This document shows, piece after piece, positions 36,378 through 46,937 of a stretch of DNA of 64,000 nt. Origin of the DNA: Clostridia bacterium (lineage in GTDB: Bacteria > Bacillota > Clostridia > Oscillospirales > CAG-272); assembly GCA_017451735.1 (NCBI GenBank), contig JAFTNU010000036.1:9456-73455 (forward strand), read 5' to 3'. The first letter of the stretch is position 1. Each line of letters starts with the position of its first letter. A program made the position numbers and the translations under genes. The notes under the pieces are model-generated. The model was not told where the DNA came from, ran no database searches, and worked only from the letters and a program-made list of their open reading frames with translations.

Positions 36378-38978
36378 TTATTTCGATGATTTCTCGGTTA
36401 CCGTCAGGACAACCTCACCCCGAGGAAGAACAATCTCATAAGCTCCGTCGGTGATCTGCCTGACAGCGGTCTTGTGTCCGTTTACCGAAAATCGGTAGGC
36501 TTTGCCCGCCGATAAGCAAACGAGCGCTGTGGGGCGCTTACCCTCGCAGATGCAGCAAAGCGTCAGCGCCGTTCGATCGGCGTTCCATGTCTCGCTCCTC
36601 ACGGTTGCCTCGAAGCCCAGAGTCACCGTCCCCGGTGTGTAGTAGCTCTCAAAGAACATGAGCACGGGAGTAGACAATCCCGAGAACTGGTGGAATCCGC
36701 TCCCCCGCCCGCCTGTACTCATGAAATGCTCAAAGCAGCAATAGGTCTCATCGGTTTCACGCTTCCAGACCTTCAGCGCAATATCGGCAATGCGGAACGC
36801 AAGCTCCCCCTCCCCATTGTCAAAGAGAGAACGCCACAGCACCCATTGATGGGGCATCCATACCGAGCCGTTCCAATAGCCGCCGGAGCTGTAATAGCTT
36901 GCTCGGGTATCCACCACGCCGACACCGATGTCGGTCATCAAGCCTTCCCGGATGTTGGCAAGAATTGCAGCGTCCTGCTTTTCATCGGTGATCCCCGCAA
37001 TATACGGGTAAATACCGTCAAAGCCCTGATTATAGTCTGTTCCGTCGGAATATTTCAAAAACCCCTTGGGATTGCCCTCGGCATCGTGGACCACGTAGGA
37101 GAAATAGCCCGTTTCCTCATTCCAGGCGTACTTTAAGATCGGGGCAGAATATTTGGCGATCACACTTTCATAGTCGGCAATATCACCCGTTTCCATTTCG
37201 GCCGCAAGTCCCCGAAGAATTTTGGCGATGAGCACCGTGACCGCCGAGGTGATCACGGGAGAGGTATCACGAGTGGTGGGCCCCTCCCATCCGTTCTTGG
37301 TCGCGCGATGCAGATATTCCTGCGGAGGATAATCGTCCCATCCGCCCGAATTGTAGAAAATATTCCAGGTTTTCAAAAGTCCCGAGCCCGTTTGATCCTC
37401 CCGCTCGTCCATTCGGGCATAAAAGTCAAAGAACTGCCTGATCATCGGATAGATCTCTTTCAGCCGATCACGACGATGGGGGTACTTATTGAAGAGATAC
37501 TGATACAAAAAGATCTGGGTAGGCACCACGCTTCCGTGGAAAATGTAGGGGGAATGAGGGTCGCCCACGGGCGTCAGATAGGTATTGAGGCACTCAAAGG
37601 CACGATCAAAATCGGCCGTGGCAAGGCCCATGCCTATAAAGCCCGAATCCCAGGAATACAGGCTATCCCAGTTCCTGCCCGGGGTATTGTGACGGATGTA
37701 CTGTCGGCGGGTGTAGATGGGGTAGACCACATTAAGGAAGGTATTGTACGCCATCATATTTTGAGAAAAGGCATAGGGCGCTCCCGCAGGATTGGCGGTC
37801 ACCTCATAAAGATTTGGCGTATGGGCAGATACCGCTCCCTCTTTGCTTGTGACGGTAAAATGCAATATGCGGCTCTCCCCCGGCTCCAAAAAGAGGGGCT
37901 GAGACAGGATGTTCTCATAAACGCCCAATCCGTTTGGGGCGCGGAGAACGGGAGAGACGTGGTCGTGGATACACAACGACAGTGCCTTGCCGATATCGGT
38001 ATAGTAATAGCGACGCACCATCTGAGCAGGCTCTCGCCACTCAAGCGTATAGGTCGTGGGGATCCCCTCGTAGGACAGGGTCATGCGGTTCGCCTCCACC
38101 GTTCGGGTTGCCTCTACGCTATGGGGAATGGGACGGAACTCGGTGCATGACGCCTTCTCTCCCAGCACCAGGCAGTCCAGGGTGATCGGTTGACCCGTGG
38201 GGCGAAGCTCCAGCATGGCGTCGGTTGCCTTGGGAATCCCCACGGTCACCGTACGGAATTCGGACGCCTTGGGCAGGGCAACGGTCTGCGTTTTGCCATT
38301 GACCGACAAAAGGAGGTCCGTATTCTCCTGTGCCATATAGCGAATCAGCAGACAGCCCCCTTGGGTATTGGCATTATACGCCACGCAATGCCCGGGGCTT
38401 TTGAAATATTTTCCAAGGATGGCTGTGCTCTTGCCCGTCGCGCGGTCCATGGGGTATTCTCCTAAATACAAGCCGTCTGAGGCAAGAGCCTGTCCGCATG
38501 TGATTTGATCGTATTCCACGGCATCGATCCACACACAGCCCTCGGGGAGGATCGCCTCATCCGGGACCCGATAGCCGACAACCTCCCTGCCCTTCTTAAC
38601 GGTGGGATATTGGAGAGAGGCGCACAGATTCATATTCACTGCCTGGGGCATGCGGGTGTTGTTGACAAAGGTACAGGTGATATCACAGCGACAGTCATCG
38701 GTGATGACAAAGTCGGCGTCACAGTATACGGCATCCTTCCACTCCAGCTCATAGCGATAGGTAAAGCGGGTCAGGGCAGGATTGGCTCCCCACATTTTTA
38801 ATCCGCCATCGGAGGTGGCGTGGGAGATCAGAACGCGCCGACGGAAAAAGCCCGGAAAGAGCTCCACGTTAAAGGTCGCACCCAGCGCAGGATCGGCCAA
38901 ATGGCATACGCCAAGGTATTCCTTATTGTAAGGCCCCCAGTTGCCAAGACTCAGATCAAATGCTTTTTGCTTCATCAT
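36378..38978 (-). CDS. large putative glycoside hydrolase, (alpha/alpha)6-barrel GH63/MGH1-like (family tentative)
   Basis: 866 aa from ATGATG 38978 (SD GGGAGG). WDSLYSWDSGFIGMGL and NSGGWDDYP motifs. The upstream 81 codons of the ORF-track call are unlikely to be coding. Confidence 0.6.
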   Translation of the reverse strand: MMKQKAFDLSLGNWGPYNKEYLGVCHLADPALGATFNVELFPGFFRRRVLISHATSDGGLKMWGANPALTRFTYRYELEWKDAVYCDADFVITDDCRCDITCTFVNNTRMPQAVNMNLCASLQYPTVKKGREVVGYRVPDEAILPEGCVWIDAVEYDQITCGQALASDGLYLGEYPMDRATGKSTAILGKYFKSPGHCVAYNANTQGGCLLIRYMAQENTDLLLSVNGKTQTVALPKASEFRTVTVGIPKATDAMLELRPTGQPITLDCLVLGEKASCTEFRPIPHSVEATRTVEANRMTLSYEGIPTTYTLEWREPAQMVRRYYYTDIGKALSLCIHDHVSPVLRAPNGLGVYENILSQPLFLEPGESRILHFTVTSKEGAVSAHTPNLYEVTANPAGAPYAFSQNMMAYNTFLNVVYPIYTRRQYIRHNTPGRNWDSLYSWDSGFIGMGLATADFDRAFECLNTYLTPVGDPHSPYIFHGSVVPTQIFLYQYLFNKYPHRRDRLKEIYPMIRQFFDFYARMDEREDQTGSGLLKTWNIFYNSGGWDDYPPQEYLHRATKNGWEGPTTRDTSPVITSAVTVLIAKILRGLAAEMETGDIADYESVIAKYSAPILKYAWNEETGYFSYVVHDAEGNPKGFLKYSDGTDYNQGFDGIYPYIAGITDEKQDAAILANIREGLMTDIGVGVVDTRASYYSSGGYWNGSVWMPHQWVLWRSLFDNGEGELAFRIADIALKVWKRETDETYCCFEHFMSTGGRGSGFHQFSGLSTPVLMFFESYYTPGTVTLGFEATVRSETWNADRTALTLCCICEGKRPTALVCLSAGKAYRFSVNGHKTAVRQITDGAYEIVLPRGEVVLTVTEKSSK

Positions 38979-39186
38979 AAAACCTCCCAATCGAGTCGCA
39001 GTAGGTTGCATTCTTCCCCTTCTCTGCCAAGACATTGCACTTATTGTAACGGATTTCAACGGGAATGTCAAGACAAAGTGCGTGACGCATCGGGAGCGCG
39101 GATGCAGAAGGGGCGAGCACCTGTTCCCTTTTTTAAAGGTTTTGCGATGTGGGGGTGAATGGGTGTCGTTTGCCTTGCAAACGACA

Positions 39187-39238
39187 GGGAAAGAGGGGGA
39201 GAGGCGCTTTTGCAAAAGCACCTCTCCCCCTCTTTCCC
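39187..39238 (-). terminator. very stable hairpin after spoIVA (homopurine/homopyrimidine arms), no clear U-tract
   Basis: GGGAAAGAGGGGGAGAGG (39187-39204) pairs with CCTCTCCCCCTCTTTCCC (39221-39238): a perfect 18-bp stem enclosing the palindrome GCTTTTGCAAAAGC. It begins 8 nt after the spoIVA stop. Confidence 0.5.
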
Positions 39239-39245
39239 TCGTCCC

Positions 39246-40724
39246 TTACAGCAGAATACAGATGAGCCCGTTGCTCCCCTCGTTGATGATACGCTCCAGG
39301 GTCTCGGCAAGCTTTTTGCGTGCCTCGTCGGGCATATGCTCCAGCTTTTGGTGCAGTCCTTCGTTGACCATTTCGTAAAGGCTCTTACCGAACATATTGG
39401 ACTCCCACAGCTTTTTGGGATCGCTTTCAAATTCCGAGAGAATGTTGCGTACAAATTCCTCGGACTGCTGCTCGGTGCCCACAATGGGATTCAGCTCGGT
39501 ACGAATATCGGCACGGATCATATGGATCGATTGTGCCGCCGCGCAAAGCCGCACTCCGTAACCCCCCGATTGCTTGACGATGGAGGGCTTTTCCAGACGC
39601 AGATCCTCCACCTCGGGCATGACGATACCGTAGCCCCGCTCGTCGGCGCTCTCCAAGGCCTCCTCCACACGGCGGTATTTTTCACGCACGCCGGCCAGCT
39701 CCCGCACCAGAGAAAAGAGGGCGCCGTCCTCGCGGATCTCCTGTCCTGCCAGCTCGGAGAGCACATCATAGTAAAGGGTGGGGGTCAGCACCACCCCAAG
39801 GCGCACACGGCCGCTTCCCATGTCCATTTCCCTGGTCTCGACCCGCTCGACATAAGGATTATCGGAAAGAGCGGAGAAGACCTTGGCCACATCGCCCATA
39901 CGATCCACCTTGGCCGCCAGATGACAGATATCCTCGGTCAGCGACACGCGGACGGGGTGCCCCTCCTCCAACGCTTTCGACCAGGCGGGCAGCTCTACGC
40001 CAACACCCGTGACGGGAAATTCCCCAAGGATCATGGAAAGAATGCCGCGGATATCATCGGAGCCCAGCGTCAGGCAACTGACCAGCGCCACGGGCACACC
40101 GTATTTTTCCTCAAGAGCCGCGGCCAGCTCTGCCGATTCGGCTCTTGTGGGATCACCGGAATTGAGCACCACGGCAAAGGGCTTACCCATTTTTTTCAGT
40201 TCCCCGACGATGCGTGCCTCCGCTTCCTCATAGGACGCGCGCGGGATCTCGCCCACGGTCCCGTCGGAGGTCACCAGCATACCGATGGTGGCGTGCTCTC
40301 CGATGACCTTTCGGGTGCCGAACTCCGCCGCATCAGCAAAGGGCATGGGCTCCTCGGCCCACGGGGTATGAACCATGCGCGCGGCGCCGTTCTCCTCCCC
40401 GCCCATGGCCTCGGGGATCATATAGCCCACGCAGTCGATCATCTTCACCCGCATGGAAACGCCGCCGTCCAGGGTCAGGGCCACGCCCTCGTCGGGGACA
40501 AATTTGGGCTCGGTGGTCATGACGGTCTTGCCCGCGGCGCTCTGGGGCATCTCATCCCGTGCCCGCTCACGGGCGGCGTCAGCCTCCATGTTGGGCAGGA
40601 CCAGCTCCTGCATGAAACGGGTAATAAAGGTAGATTTTCCGCTGCGTACGGGACCCACAACACCGATGTAAATATCGCCGCCGGTACGCTCGGCTATGTC
40701 TTGATAGATGGAACGCTCTGCCAT
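39246..40724 (-). CDS. spoIVA: stage IV sporulation protein A
   Basis: MAERSIYQDIAERTGGDIYIGVVGPVRSGKSTFI (Walker A) and full-length collinearity with the SpoIVA pattern. I placed the start at ATG 40724. Confidence 0.95.
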   Translation of the reverse strand: MAERSIYQDIAERTGGDIYIGVVGPVRSGKSTFITRFMQELVLPNMEADAARERARDEMPQSAAGKTVMTTEPKFVPDEGVALTLDGGVSMRVKMIDCVGYMIPEAMGGEENGAARMVHTPWAEEPMPFADAAEFGTRKVIGEHATIGMLVTSDGTVGEIPRASYEEAEARIVGELKKMGKPFAVVLNSGDPTRAESAELAAALEEKYGVPVALVSCLTLGSDDIRGILSMILGEFPVTGVGVELPAWSKALEEGHPVRVSLTEDICHLAAKVDRMGDVAKVFSALSDNPYVERVETREMDMGSGRVRLGVVLTPTLYYDVLSELAGQEIREDGALFSLVRELAGVREKYRRVEEALESADERGYGIVMPEVEDLRLEKPSIVKQSGGYGVRLCAAAQSIHMIRADIRTELNPIVGTEQQSEEFVRNILSEFESDPKKLWESNMFGKSLYEMVNEGLHQKLEHMPDEARKKLAETLERIINEGSNGLICILL

Positions 40725-40856
40725 ATGCTTCTCCTCCGCTTTCTGTCGCGTTTGTTTGGTAAACTGTATGAGAAAGCGGCACAAGATATGACAAATGAAA
40801 AAAGAACCCGCGGGCGGGTTCTTTTTTATGGAGAGCTTCGCTCTCTGATTTTACCT

Positions 40857-42020
40857 TTATCTGCGGATACGGATGAGATTCTTTACTCCGCCGTCAAGGG
40901 CCTCCAGCAGTGCTTCCACATCCTCTGCGGTGTTCTCGGCGGAAAAGCTGATGCGCAACGAGCAATCGGCCTTATCGGGAGTGAGCCCGAAGGCCAGAAG
41001 CGTGGTGCTGGGGTGCTTTGCGTGAGAGGAGCAGGCCGAGCCGCTGGAGACCGAAATGCCCCTTGCCGAAAGATAATGGAGCATGGTCTCGCTTTTGATA
41101 TTCGGCAATGTCATATTGACAATATGCGGTGCCTTTACGGCGGGGAGGTTGACGCGGATCTCGGAATTTTGCAGACCGTCTGTGAGTTTTTTCGACAATT
41201 CCGCCATATGGGCGACATCCCGTGCCACGGTGGCGCGCCCTGCACGGGCGGCGGCGGCAAAGCCTGCGATGCCGATGGTATTCTCGGTGCCCGAGCGAAG
41301 GCCAAACTCCTGCCCGCCCCCGTTCAGCACAGGGACGATGGCCTTTTTTGTCAGAATATGGGGGGCGATGTACAGGGCGCCCACGCCCTTGGGACCGTGG
41401 ATCTTATGGGCGCTGACGGTGATGAGATCGGCGCCAAGGCTTCTGACGGTCATGGGCACCTTCAAAAAGCCCTGCACTGCGTCGCAGTGGCAGATGCAGT
41501 CGGGATTCCCCGCCCGTGCGGCAGTGAACACCTCTTCTACGGGGTAGCGAGCACCGGTCTCGTTATTGACCAGCATCATGGTGACCAAAAACAGGTCGCG
41601 GTTGCAGTGGGCACGGACGGTCTCCATATCCAATGCACCGCGGCGGGTGGAAACACGGACGACATGAAAGCCCTCCTTTTCCAGAATGCGGAGATTCTGC
41701 TCGACGGAGGGGTGCTCGGAGTCGGTGGTCAGGACAGTATTTGCCTCACGCCGCGTCTTGGCGCGGGCGGTACCGAGCAGTGCCAGTGTGGTTGCCTCGG
41801 TGCCCGAGCCGGTAAAGATCAGTTGTCCGTCCTTTAAATAGAGTTCGCCCAAGGCCTCGCCCACCGCCTCCCTGCTCTCCCGCAGGAGTGTCGCGGCCTT
41901 CTGCCCCACCTCATGGAGAGACGAGGGGTTACCGAAGATCTCCATGGCGGCGGTCATGGCTTGCCCGACCTGTGGGGAAAGCGCGGTGGTGGCACTGTTG
42001 TCAAGATAGATCTGTCTCAT
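40857..42020 (-). CDS. cysteine desulfurase (class V aminotransferase, NifS/IscS-like)
   Basis: IYLDNSATT, SAHKIHGPKG (PLP Lys), SSGSACSS (active-site Cys loop). Confidence 0.9.
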   Translation of the reverse strand: MRQIYLDNSATTALSPQVGQAMTAAMEIFGNPSSLHEVGQKAATLLRESREAVGEALGELYLKDGQLIFTGSGTEATTLALLGTARAKTRREANTVLTTDSEHPSVEQNLRILEKEGFHVVRVSTRRGALDMETVRAHCNRDLFLVTMMLVNNETGARYPVEEVFTAARAGNPDCICHCDAVQGFLKVPMTVRSLGADLITVSAHKIHGPKGVGALYIAPHILTKKAIVPVLNGGGQEFGLRSGTENTIGIAGFAAAARAGRATVARDVAHMAELSKKLTDGLQNSEIRVNLPAVKAPHIVNMTLPNIKSETMLHYLSARGISVSSGSACSSHAKHPSTTLLAFGLTPDKADCSLRISFSAENTAEDVEALLEALDGGVKNLIRIRR

Positions 42021-42023
42021 GGC

Positions 42024-42563
42024 TCAGCGGAAACGGAAATTGGAGCGGATGCTTTCCACCGTTTCCAAATGCGTGGAATAGACCGAGGATTCGGCGGTGT
42101 AGGTCAGCGTATAAAGAATATCGTCCTTGACGGTGATGATCTGCATGGATTCGTAGGTCTTGCCGTCCACCGTGTAGAGAAAAACATAGGTCTTGGCGTT
42201 CTTGCCCCCAAGGGTGGTATCGCCGCACTGCTCCTCCATGACGGTAAAATCCTTCAGCACGCCGTTCTGATACTCGGGCAGGCAGAAGCTGTTCCAGTAT
42301 TCCTCTACCGTCATGACTGCATCGGGCATATAAGCCGTAACGGTCACATTGGAGGTATCGGTGTTGGACACGCGGGCACCGGAGATACCGCTCTCGGCCT
42401 GGGAGATCCAGCTTTCGGGCACGAAAAGATCAAAATTGACGGTGGAGATCGAAACATTCTGCATGCCGTCAGGGGTGTCGTCCTTGTCGGCGCAGGAGAC
42501 GGTTGTCAGGGAAAGGACCAGCAACAGGAGAACGGAAAGGATTCCGGTGAGGTTCTTTTTCAT
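42024..42563 (-). CDS. hypothetical lipoprotein
   Basis: Signal peptide with lipobox (LVLSLTTVSC|ADKD). 179 aa. Confidence 0.7.
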   Translation of the reverse strand: MKKNLTGILSVLLLLVLSLTTVSCADKDDTPDGMQNVSISTVNFDLFVPESWISQAESGISGARVSNTDTSNVTVTAYMPDAVMTVEEYWNSFCLPEYQNGVLKDFTVMEEQCGDTTLGGKNAKTYVFLYTVDGKTYESMQIITVKDDILYTLTYTAESSVYSTHLETVESIRSNFRFR

Positions 42564-42581
42564 TTTTATGTTCCTTCTTTC

Positions 42582-43844
42582 TTATTTGGTACGTAACACT
42601 TCCGCCGCGGCGGAGAGAACACCGATGCGGCCGCTCTCAAAGGTCAGGCCGCCCTGGAAAAAGGCGGTGTAGGGGGGGCGCAGAGGGCCGTCTGCCGACA
42701 GCTCGATGGAGGCGCCCTGCACGAAGGTGCCTGCCGCCATGATGACCTGATCCCGATAGCCCGGCATTGCCCAGGGCTCGGGGGTGACATAGGCATCCAC
42801 GGGAGAGCCCGCCTGAATGCCCCGGCAGAAGGCGCACAATCCCTCGGCAGACCCCGTGATGACCGTCTGGATGATATCCGAGCGCCGCTCACCGGGAGCG
42901 GGCTCTACGGCATAGCCCAATTTTTTGAATACGTATGCGGCGAAATGCGCCGTTTTGAGCGCTTCAGCCACCGTGTGCGGCGCATAAAAGATGCCGCGGA
43001 ACATATGCTTGTTCTGCCCCAGGGTCGCCCCCACCTCAAGCCCGATGCCGGGACAGGTGAGACGGTAGGAGCAAAGCTCTACGGCGCGGGCGGTGCCTGC
43101 CAGATAGCCGCCGGTTTCTGCCATGCCGCCGCCGGGATTTTTGATCAGCGAGCCGATAGCAAGATCGGCGCCCACGGCGGGGGGCTCGCGGGTCTCGGTA
43201 AACTCACCGTAGCAGTTATCCACCACCACGAAGACCTCGGGACGGATGGATTTGACGAAGCGGACCGCCTCGCCGATCTCGTCCACGGTCAAGGTCTTGC
43301 GGTTGAGGTAGCCCTTGGAGCGCTGGAGGAAGCAGACCTTGACCCGCGCGCCCGCCTCGGAGCGCAGGAATGCACCGATGGCATCAAAATCAAGGCGCTT
43401 GCCCTCGATCATCTCGATGCCGTGATAGTCCACGCCGTAGTCGGCAAGCGACCCGTTACCGGGAGTTCCCGCAATGCCGATGACCTCCTCTAAGGTGTCG
43501 TAGGGCTTGCCCGTCAGGGACAGCAGGATATCACCCGGACGCAACAAACCGAACAGGCCGATGGTCAGGGCGTGGGTGCCGTTGACGATGCTGTGGCGGA
43601 CGAACGCCGCCTCGGCGCCCATTACGTCGGCAAAAATTTTATCCAGTACCTCCCTGCCCCGATCGTCGTAGCCATAGCCCGTGGTGGGGGCAAAGCAGGC
43701 GGCATCCACGCGATGCTCGGCAAACGCCGCCATCACGCGGGCGGTGTTCTCGTGCGAGACCTTGGCAATGTGTGAAAACTCTTGGGCCAGTGCCGCCTCG
43801 GCCCGGTCGGCAAGAGTCAATAATTCCTTGGAAAATTCGATCAT
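42582..43844 (-). CDS. methionine gamma-lyase family protein (YnbB / 'aluminium resistance' family)
   Basis: 420 aa, PLP-fold pattern (GYGYDDRGRE, SLIKNPGGG). Confidence 0.75.
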   Translation of the reverse strand: MIEFSKELLTLADRAEAALAQEFSHIAKVSHENTARVMAAFAEHRVDAACFAPTTGYGYDDRGREVLDKIFADVMGAEAAFVRHSIVNGTHALTIGLFGLLRPGDILLSLTGKPYDTLEEVIGIAGTPGNGSLADYGVDYHGIEMIEGKRLDFDAIGAFLRSEAGARVKVCFLQRSKGYLNRKTLTVDEIGEAVRFVKSIRPEVFVVVDNCYGEFTETREPPAVGADLAIGSLIKNPGGGMAETGGYLAGTARAVELCSYRLTCPGIGLEVGATLGQNKHMFRGIFYAPHTVAEALKTAHFAAYVFKKLGYAVEPAPGERRSDIIQTVITGSAEGLCAFCRGIQAGSPVDAYVTPEPWAMPGYRDQVIMAAGTFVQGASIELSADGPLRPPYTAFFQGGLTFESGRIGVLSAAAEVLRTK

Positions 43845-44842
43845 TTCGCACCTCCCAGATACGCAAGGGTCAGATCAACGGCGGCCTTGGCGTCACGCAG
43901 GTCGATCATCTCCACCCCGGAGTGAATATAGCGGGAGGGGATGGAAAGCGCCCCCGCGCGACAGCCGAGCCCCGTCATCTGCACCGAGGAGGTGTCGGTA
44001 CCGCCGTAGGTGAGGATCTCGCACTGGGCGGGGATCCTTTTCTCCTTGGCAGCATCCAGCAGCTCGTCCACCAGCGTACGGTCGCAGATCACCGAGCTAT
44101 CCTTGATCTTAACGGCAACACCCTCGCCCAGCTTGACCGCCATGGGCTTGCTTCCCTGCTCGTCACCCGTGCCTGTCACGTCATAAATGAGGGCGAGATC
44201 GGGGGCGATGGCAAAGGCGGCTGGCTTGGCACCGCGACAGCCCACCTCCTCCTGCACGGAGAATACATAATAGATATCATCGGCGGGAGCGGTCAGCCTT
44301 TGAGCGATCTCAAGCATCACGGCACAGCCGATACGGTCGTCAAAAGGCCGACCCGTGATGCGATTTGCCGTCAATTTGGTCAGATGCGGCACAAGCGCAC
44401 AGCAGTCGCCGATCCTCACGCGGCGCTCTGCCTCCTTGCGGGAGGCGGCACCGATATCGATATAGCATTTCTCAGCCTTGGGGGTCTCCTTGGCGGGCAC
44501 GTCGGCCTCGGGCACAAGCACGCCCCGCGCGCCGTTTTCGAACACCACCTCGGAAAAGGCGGCGGCCGCATAGTGAATACCGCCGATGGGGGCCACCCGC
44601 AGATAGCCGTTCTCTTCAATAAAGTTCACGATAAAGCCGATCTCGTCCATATGGGCGCAGAGCATCACCTTACGGGGGGCAGCGGCACTGCCCTTTTTCA
44701 AGCAGATCAGATTGCCCATGGCATCCACGGAAACATCGTCAACCAAGGGACGCATCAGCGCGGTGATGATCTCCCGAATGCCACCCTCACGCCCCGATAC
44801 CGAGGGGACAAGGGGCAATAATTTTTTTAACGTATTGATCAT
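43841..44842 (-). CDS. M42 family metallopeptidase (paralogue 3 of 3)
   Basis: MLCAHMDEIGF, FSVQEEVGCRGA and IHSG motifs. The ATG at 44842 overlaps the upstream stop (ATGA). Confidence 0.85.
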   Translation of the reverse strand: MINTLKKLLPLVPSVSGREGGIREIITALMRPLVDDVSVDAMGNLICLKKGSAAAPRKVMLCAHMDEIGFIVNFIEENGYLRVAPIGGIHYAAAAFSEVVFENGARGVLVPEADVPAKETPKAEKCYIDIGAASRKEAERRVRIGDCCALVPHLTKLTANRITGRPFDDRIGCAVMLEIAQRLTAPADDIYYVFSVQEEVGCRGAKPAAFAIAPDLALIYDVTGTGDEQGSKPMAVKLGEGVAVKIKDSSVICDRTLVDELLDAAKEKRIPAQCEILTYGGTDTSSVQMTGLGCRAGALSIPSRYIHSGVEMIDLRDAKAAVDLTLAYLGGAK

Positions 44843-45897
44843 TTGATTCCTTCCTTCCAATCGCTCAGCATCCGAATCAGCAGAGCGATCATGCTTTCAA
44901 AATCCTTGACCGACGCCACCGAAACGGGGGCATGGAGATAGCGGGTGGCGGCAGAGAGCGCCAGGCATCTGACACCGATGCCGCTCCGCTGGATATGCGC
45001 CGCGTCATTGCCCCCCGATACGTAGCGCTTCACCTGCACGGGAATGGCGTTTTTCGCACCCGTGTTAAGGGCAAAATCGATCAGGGCACGGTCATAGATG
45101 GTGGAGCGGTCCAAGAGGGACAGCACCCCGCCCTCTCCCACGGTGGCCACACGACGGGAGGGATCCACATCCGCCACGTCGGCAATCGCAGTGGTCTCTA
45201 AAATGATACCGTAATCGGGGGCGATGCGATTGGCGGTGACGCCTGCACCCGATTTGCCGATTTCCTCACGCACCGTGAAGCAAAACCACAGGTCAAGAGG
45301 GAGCTTTTTTCCGTCAAGAGCGCGCAGGACCTCGATCAGCACGGCACAGCCCAAGCGGTCGTCCAGTGCCTTGCACTTGATGAACGCCCCATCCTTGCCA
45401 AAGCGGCAGAAGGGGGTATCAAAGGTGCCAAAGTCACCCCGTTCCAGGACCTTTTCCGTCTCCTCACGGCTATTGGTACCGATGTCGATATACAGATCCT
45501 CGGTTTTCGGCAGCTCCTTGCGCTCCTTGGCGCTTTGCTGATGGATGCCCTTTGCGGCGATGACGCCCGGGATGCGCTTTGTCTCGTCACCCAGCGTGAC
45601 CGCTCTGCCCGAGAGCACGGCGGGGTCGATGCCGCCCAAAGGTTCGAAGCGCAGATAGCCCTTTTCCTCGATATGGGTGATCATAAAGCCCACCTCGTCC
45701 ATATGGGCCGAGAGCATGATGCGGGGGGCACCCTCGGGGCCTGCCAGATGCGCGGTCAGGTTGCCCATGCGGTCGGTTTCCAATATGGCGCCCGTGCCTG
45801 CCAGCTCCTCACGAATGGCCTGCTCGACCTCGCCCTCGCAGGAGGTGGGTCCGAAGCAAAGTGCCAGCCTTTCAATCAATTCCACGCCGTATTTCAT
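44839..45897 (-). CDS. M42 family metallopeptidase (paralogue 2 of 3)
   Basis: MLSAHMDEVGF, ALDDRLGCA and FTVREEIG motifs. ATGA overlap with the upstream gene. Confidence 0.85.
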   Translation of the reverse strand: MKYGVELIERLALCFGPTSCEGEVEQAIREELAGTGAILETDRMGNLTAHLAGPEGAPRIMLSAHMDEVGFMITHIEEKGYLRFEPLGGIDPAVLSGRAVTLGDETKRIPGVIAAKGIHQQSAKERKELPKTEDLYIDIGTNSREETEKVLERGDFGTFDTPFCRFGKDGAFIKCKALDDRLGCAVLIEVLRALDGKKLPLDLWFCFTVREEIGKSGAGVTANRIAPDYGIILETTAIADVADVDPSRRVATVGEGGVLSLLDRSTIYDRALIDFALNTGAKNAIPVQVKRYVSGGNDAAHIQRSGIGVRCLALSAATRYLHAPVSVASVKDFESMIALLIRMLSDWKEGIK

Positions 45898-46934
45898 GCG
45901 AACACCTCCCCGATCTCTTTATCGGTGACAAAGGCACGCACCAGTGCCGCCAGATACTCGGCGTCAGTCATATCCAGCATCTCCACGTAGGTGTGCATGG
46001 CGCGCAGGGGCAATCCCACATCCACCACGGGGATCCCCTTCCCCACCAGATGAAGGGACACAGTATCGGTGCCCGTGGAGACGGCGTCCACGCACCGCTG
46101 CCACGGAATGCCACCGCGCTCGCAGAGCGCCTCGGTCATTTTGGTCAGACGGCGGTCGGTGATGGCACTGCGGCAGATCGAGGGACCCTTGCCCATTTCC
46201 ACCGTGCCGATCTCCTTACTGCCGGGAGCATGTCCGATGTTCACATCGATCACCATAGCGTAGTCGGGCTCCACCGAGAAGCCGCCCACGGCGGTACCGC
46301 CCACACGGTCGGTCTCCTCATGCACCGCGAATACCAAATAGACATCCCCTGCCAGCTCGGCGGCGGGAATATCCCGCAGGGCGTGGGCGGCAATGGCACA
46401 GCACGCCTTGTTGTCCATGCCCTTGCCCACCAGGCGGTCATTCTGCAGCCATGTGTAGCGGGGGGTAAAGCCCACGGGGGTACCGATACGCACAAGCTCG
46501 CGGAGCTCCTCCGTGGGGTAGCCCGTATCGATCAGCAGCTCACTCACCGGCTTGACCTTCTCCTCGTCATCCTTGTTCTTGAGGTGGGGGGGTGTGGAGG
46601 CGATAACGCCTTCCAGCACCTGCTTGCCGTAGATTCTGACATCTGCCGAGGGGAGGGTGCGTCCGTCCAGACCGCCCACGCCCTCGACCTTGAGAAAGCC
46701 CCCGTCGCGGATATCCGAGACATGGAGCCCGATCTCGTCAAAATGAGTGTCGATGAGGATCTTGGGGGCGTTCTCCCGTCCGCATCGCCGCACAAGGATA
46801 CGATTGCCCACCGGATCGGTGATATCCTCGTCAAAGCCCTGCAGCAGGGCAGTCAGGCGCTCGGCATCGTAGGTCTCATAGCCCGTAATGCTCATCAGCC
46901 CCGCCATGGCGGGGATCAGCTCACGAAGTTCCAA
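45894..46934 (-). CDS. M42 family metallopeptidase (paralogue 1 of 3)
   Basis: LIDTHFDEIGL, GMDNKACC and FAVHEETD motifs. Confidence 0.85.
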   Translation of the reverse strand: MELRELIPAMAGLMSITGYETYDAERLTALLQGFDEDITDPVGNRILVRRCGRENAPKILIDTHFDEIGLHVSDIRDGGFLKVEGVGGLDGRTLPSADVRIYGKQVLEGVIASTPPHLKNKDDEEKVKPVSELLIDTGYPTEELRELVRIGTPVGFTPRYTWLQNDRLVGKGMDNKACCAIAAHALRDIPAAELAGDVYLVFAVHEETDRVGGTAVGGFSVEPDYAMVIDVNIGHAPGSKEIGTVEMGKGPSICRSAITDRRLTKMTEALCERGGIPWQRCVDAVSTGTDTVSLHLVGKGIPVVDVGLPLRAMHTYVEMLDMTDAEYLAALVRAFVTDKEIGEVFA

Positions 46935-46937
46935 TTT

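Noticed and set aside
38979-39221. An 81-codon N-terminal extension of the large glycoside hydrolase.
   Set aside because: The sequence is Arg/Cys/His-rich and runs through the spoIVA terminator hairpin. ATGATG at 38978 has a GGGAGG SD.
43841-46934. Three tandem M42 peptidase paralogues as something novel.
   Set aside because: Tandem M42 (FrvX/YsdC-type) paralogues joined by ATGA overlaps are, to my knowledge, a common arrangement in Clostridia and Thermotogae, probably forming hetero-oligomeric TET-like particles. Nothing unusual is visible in the sequences.
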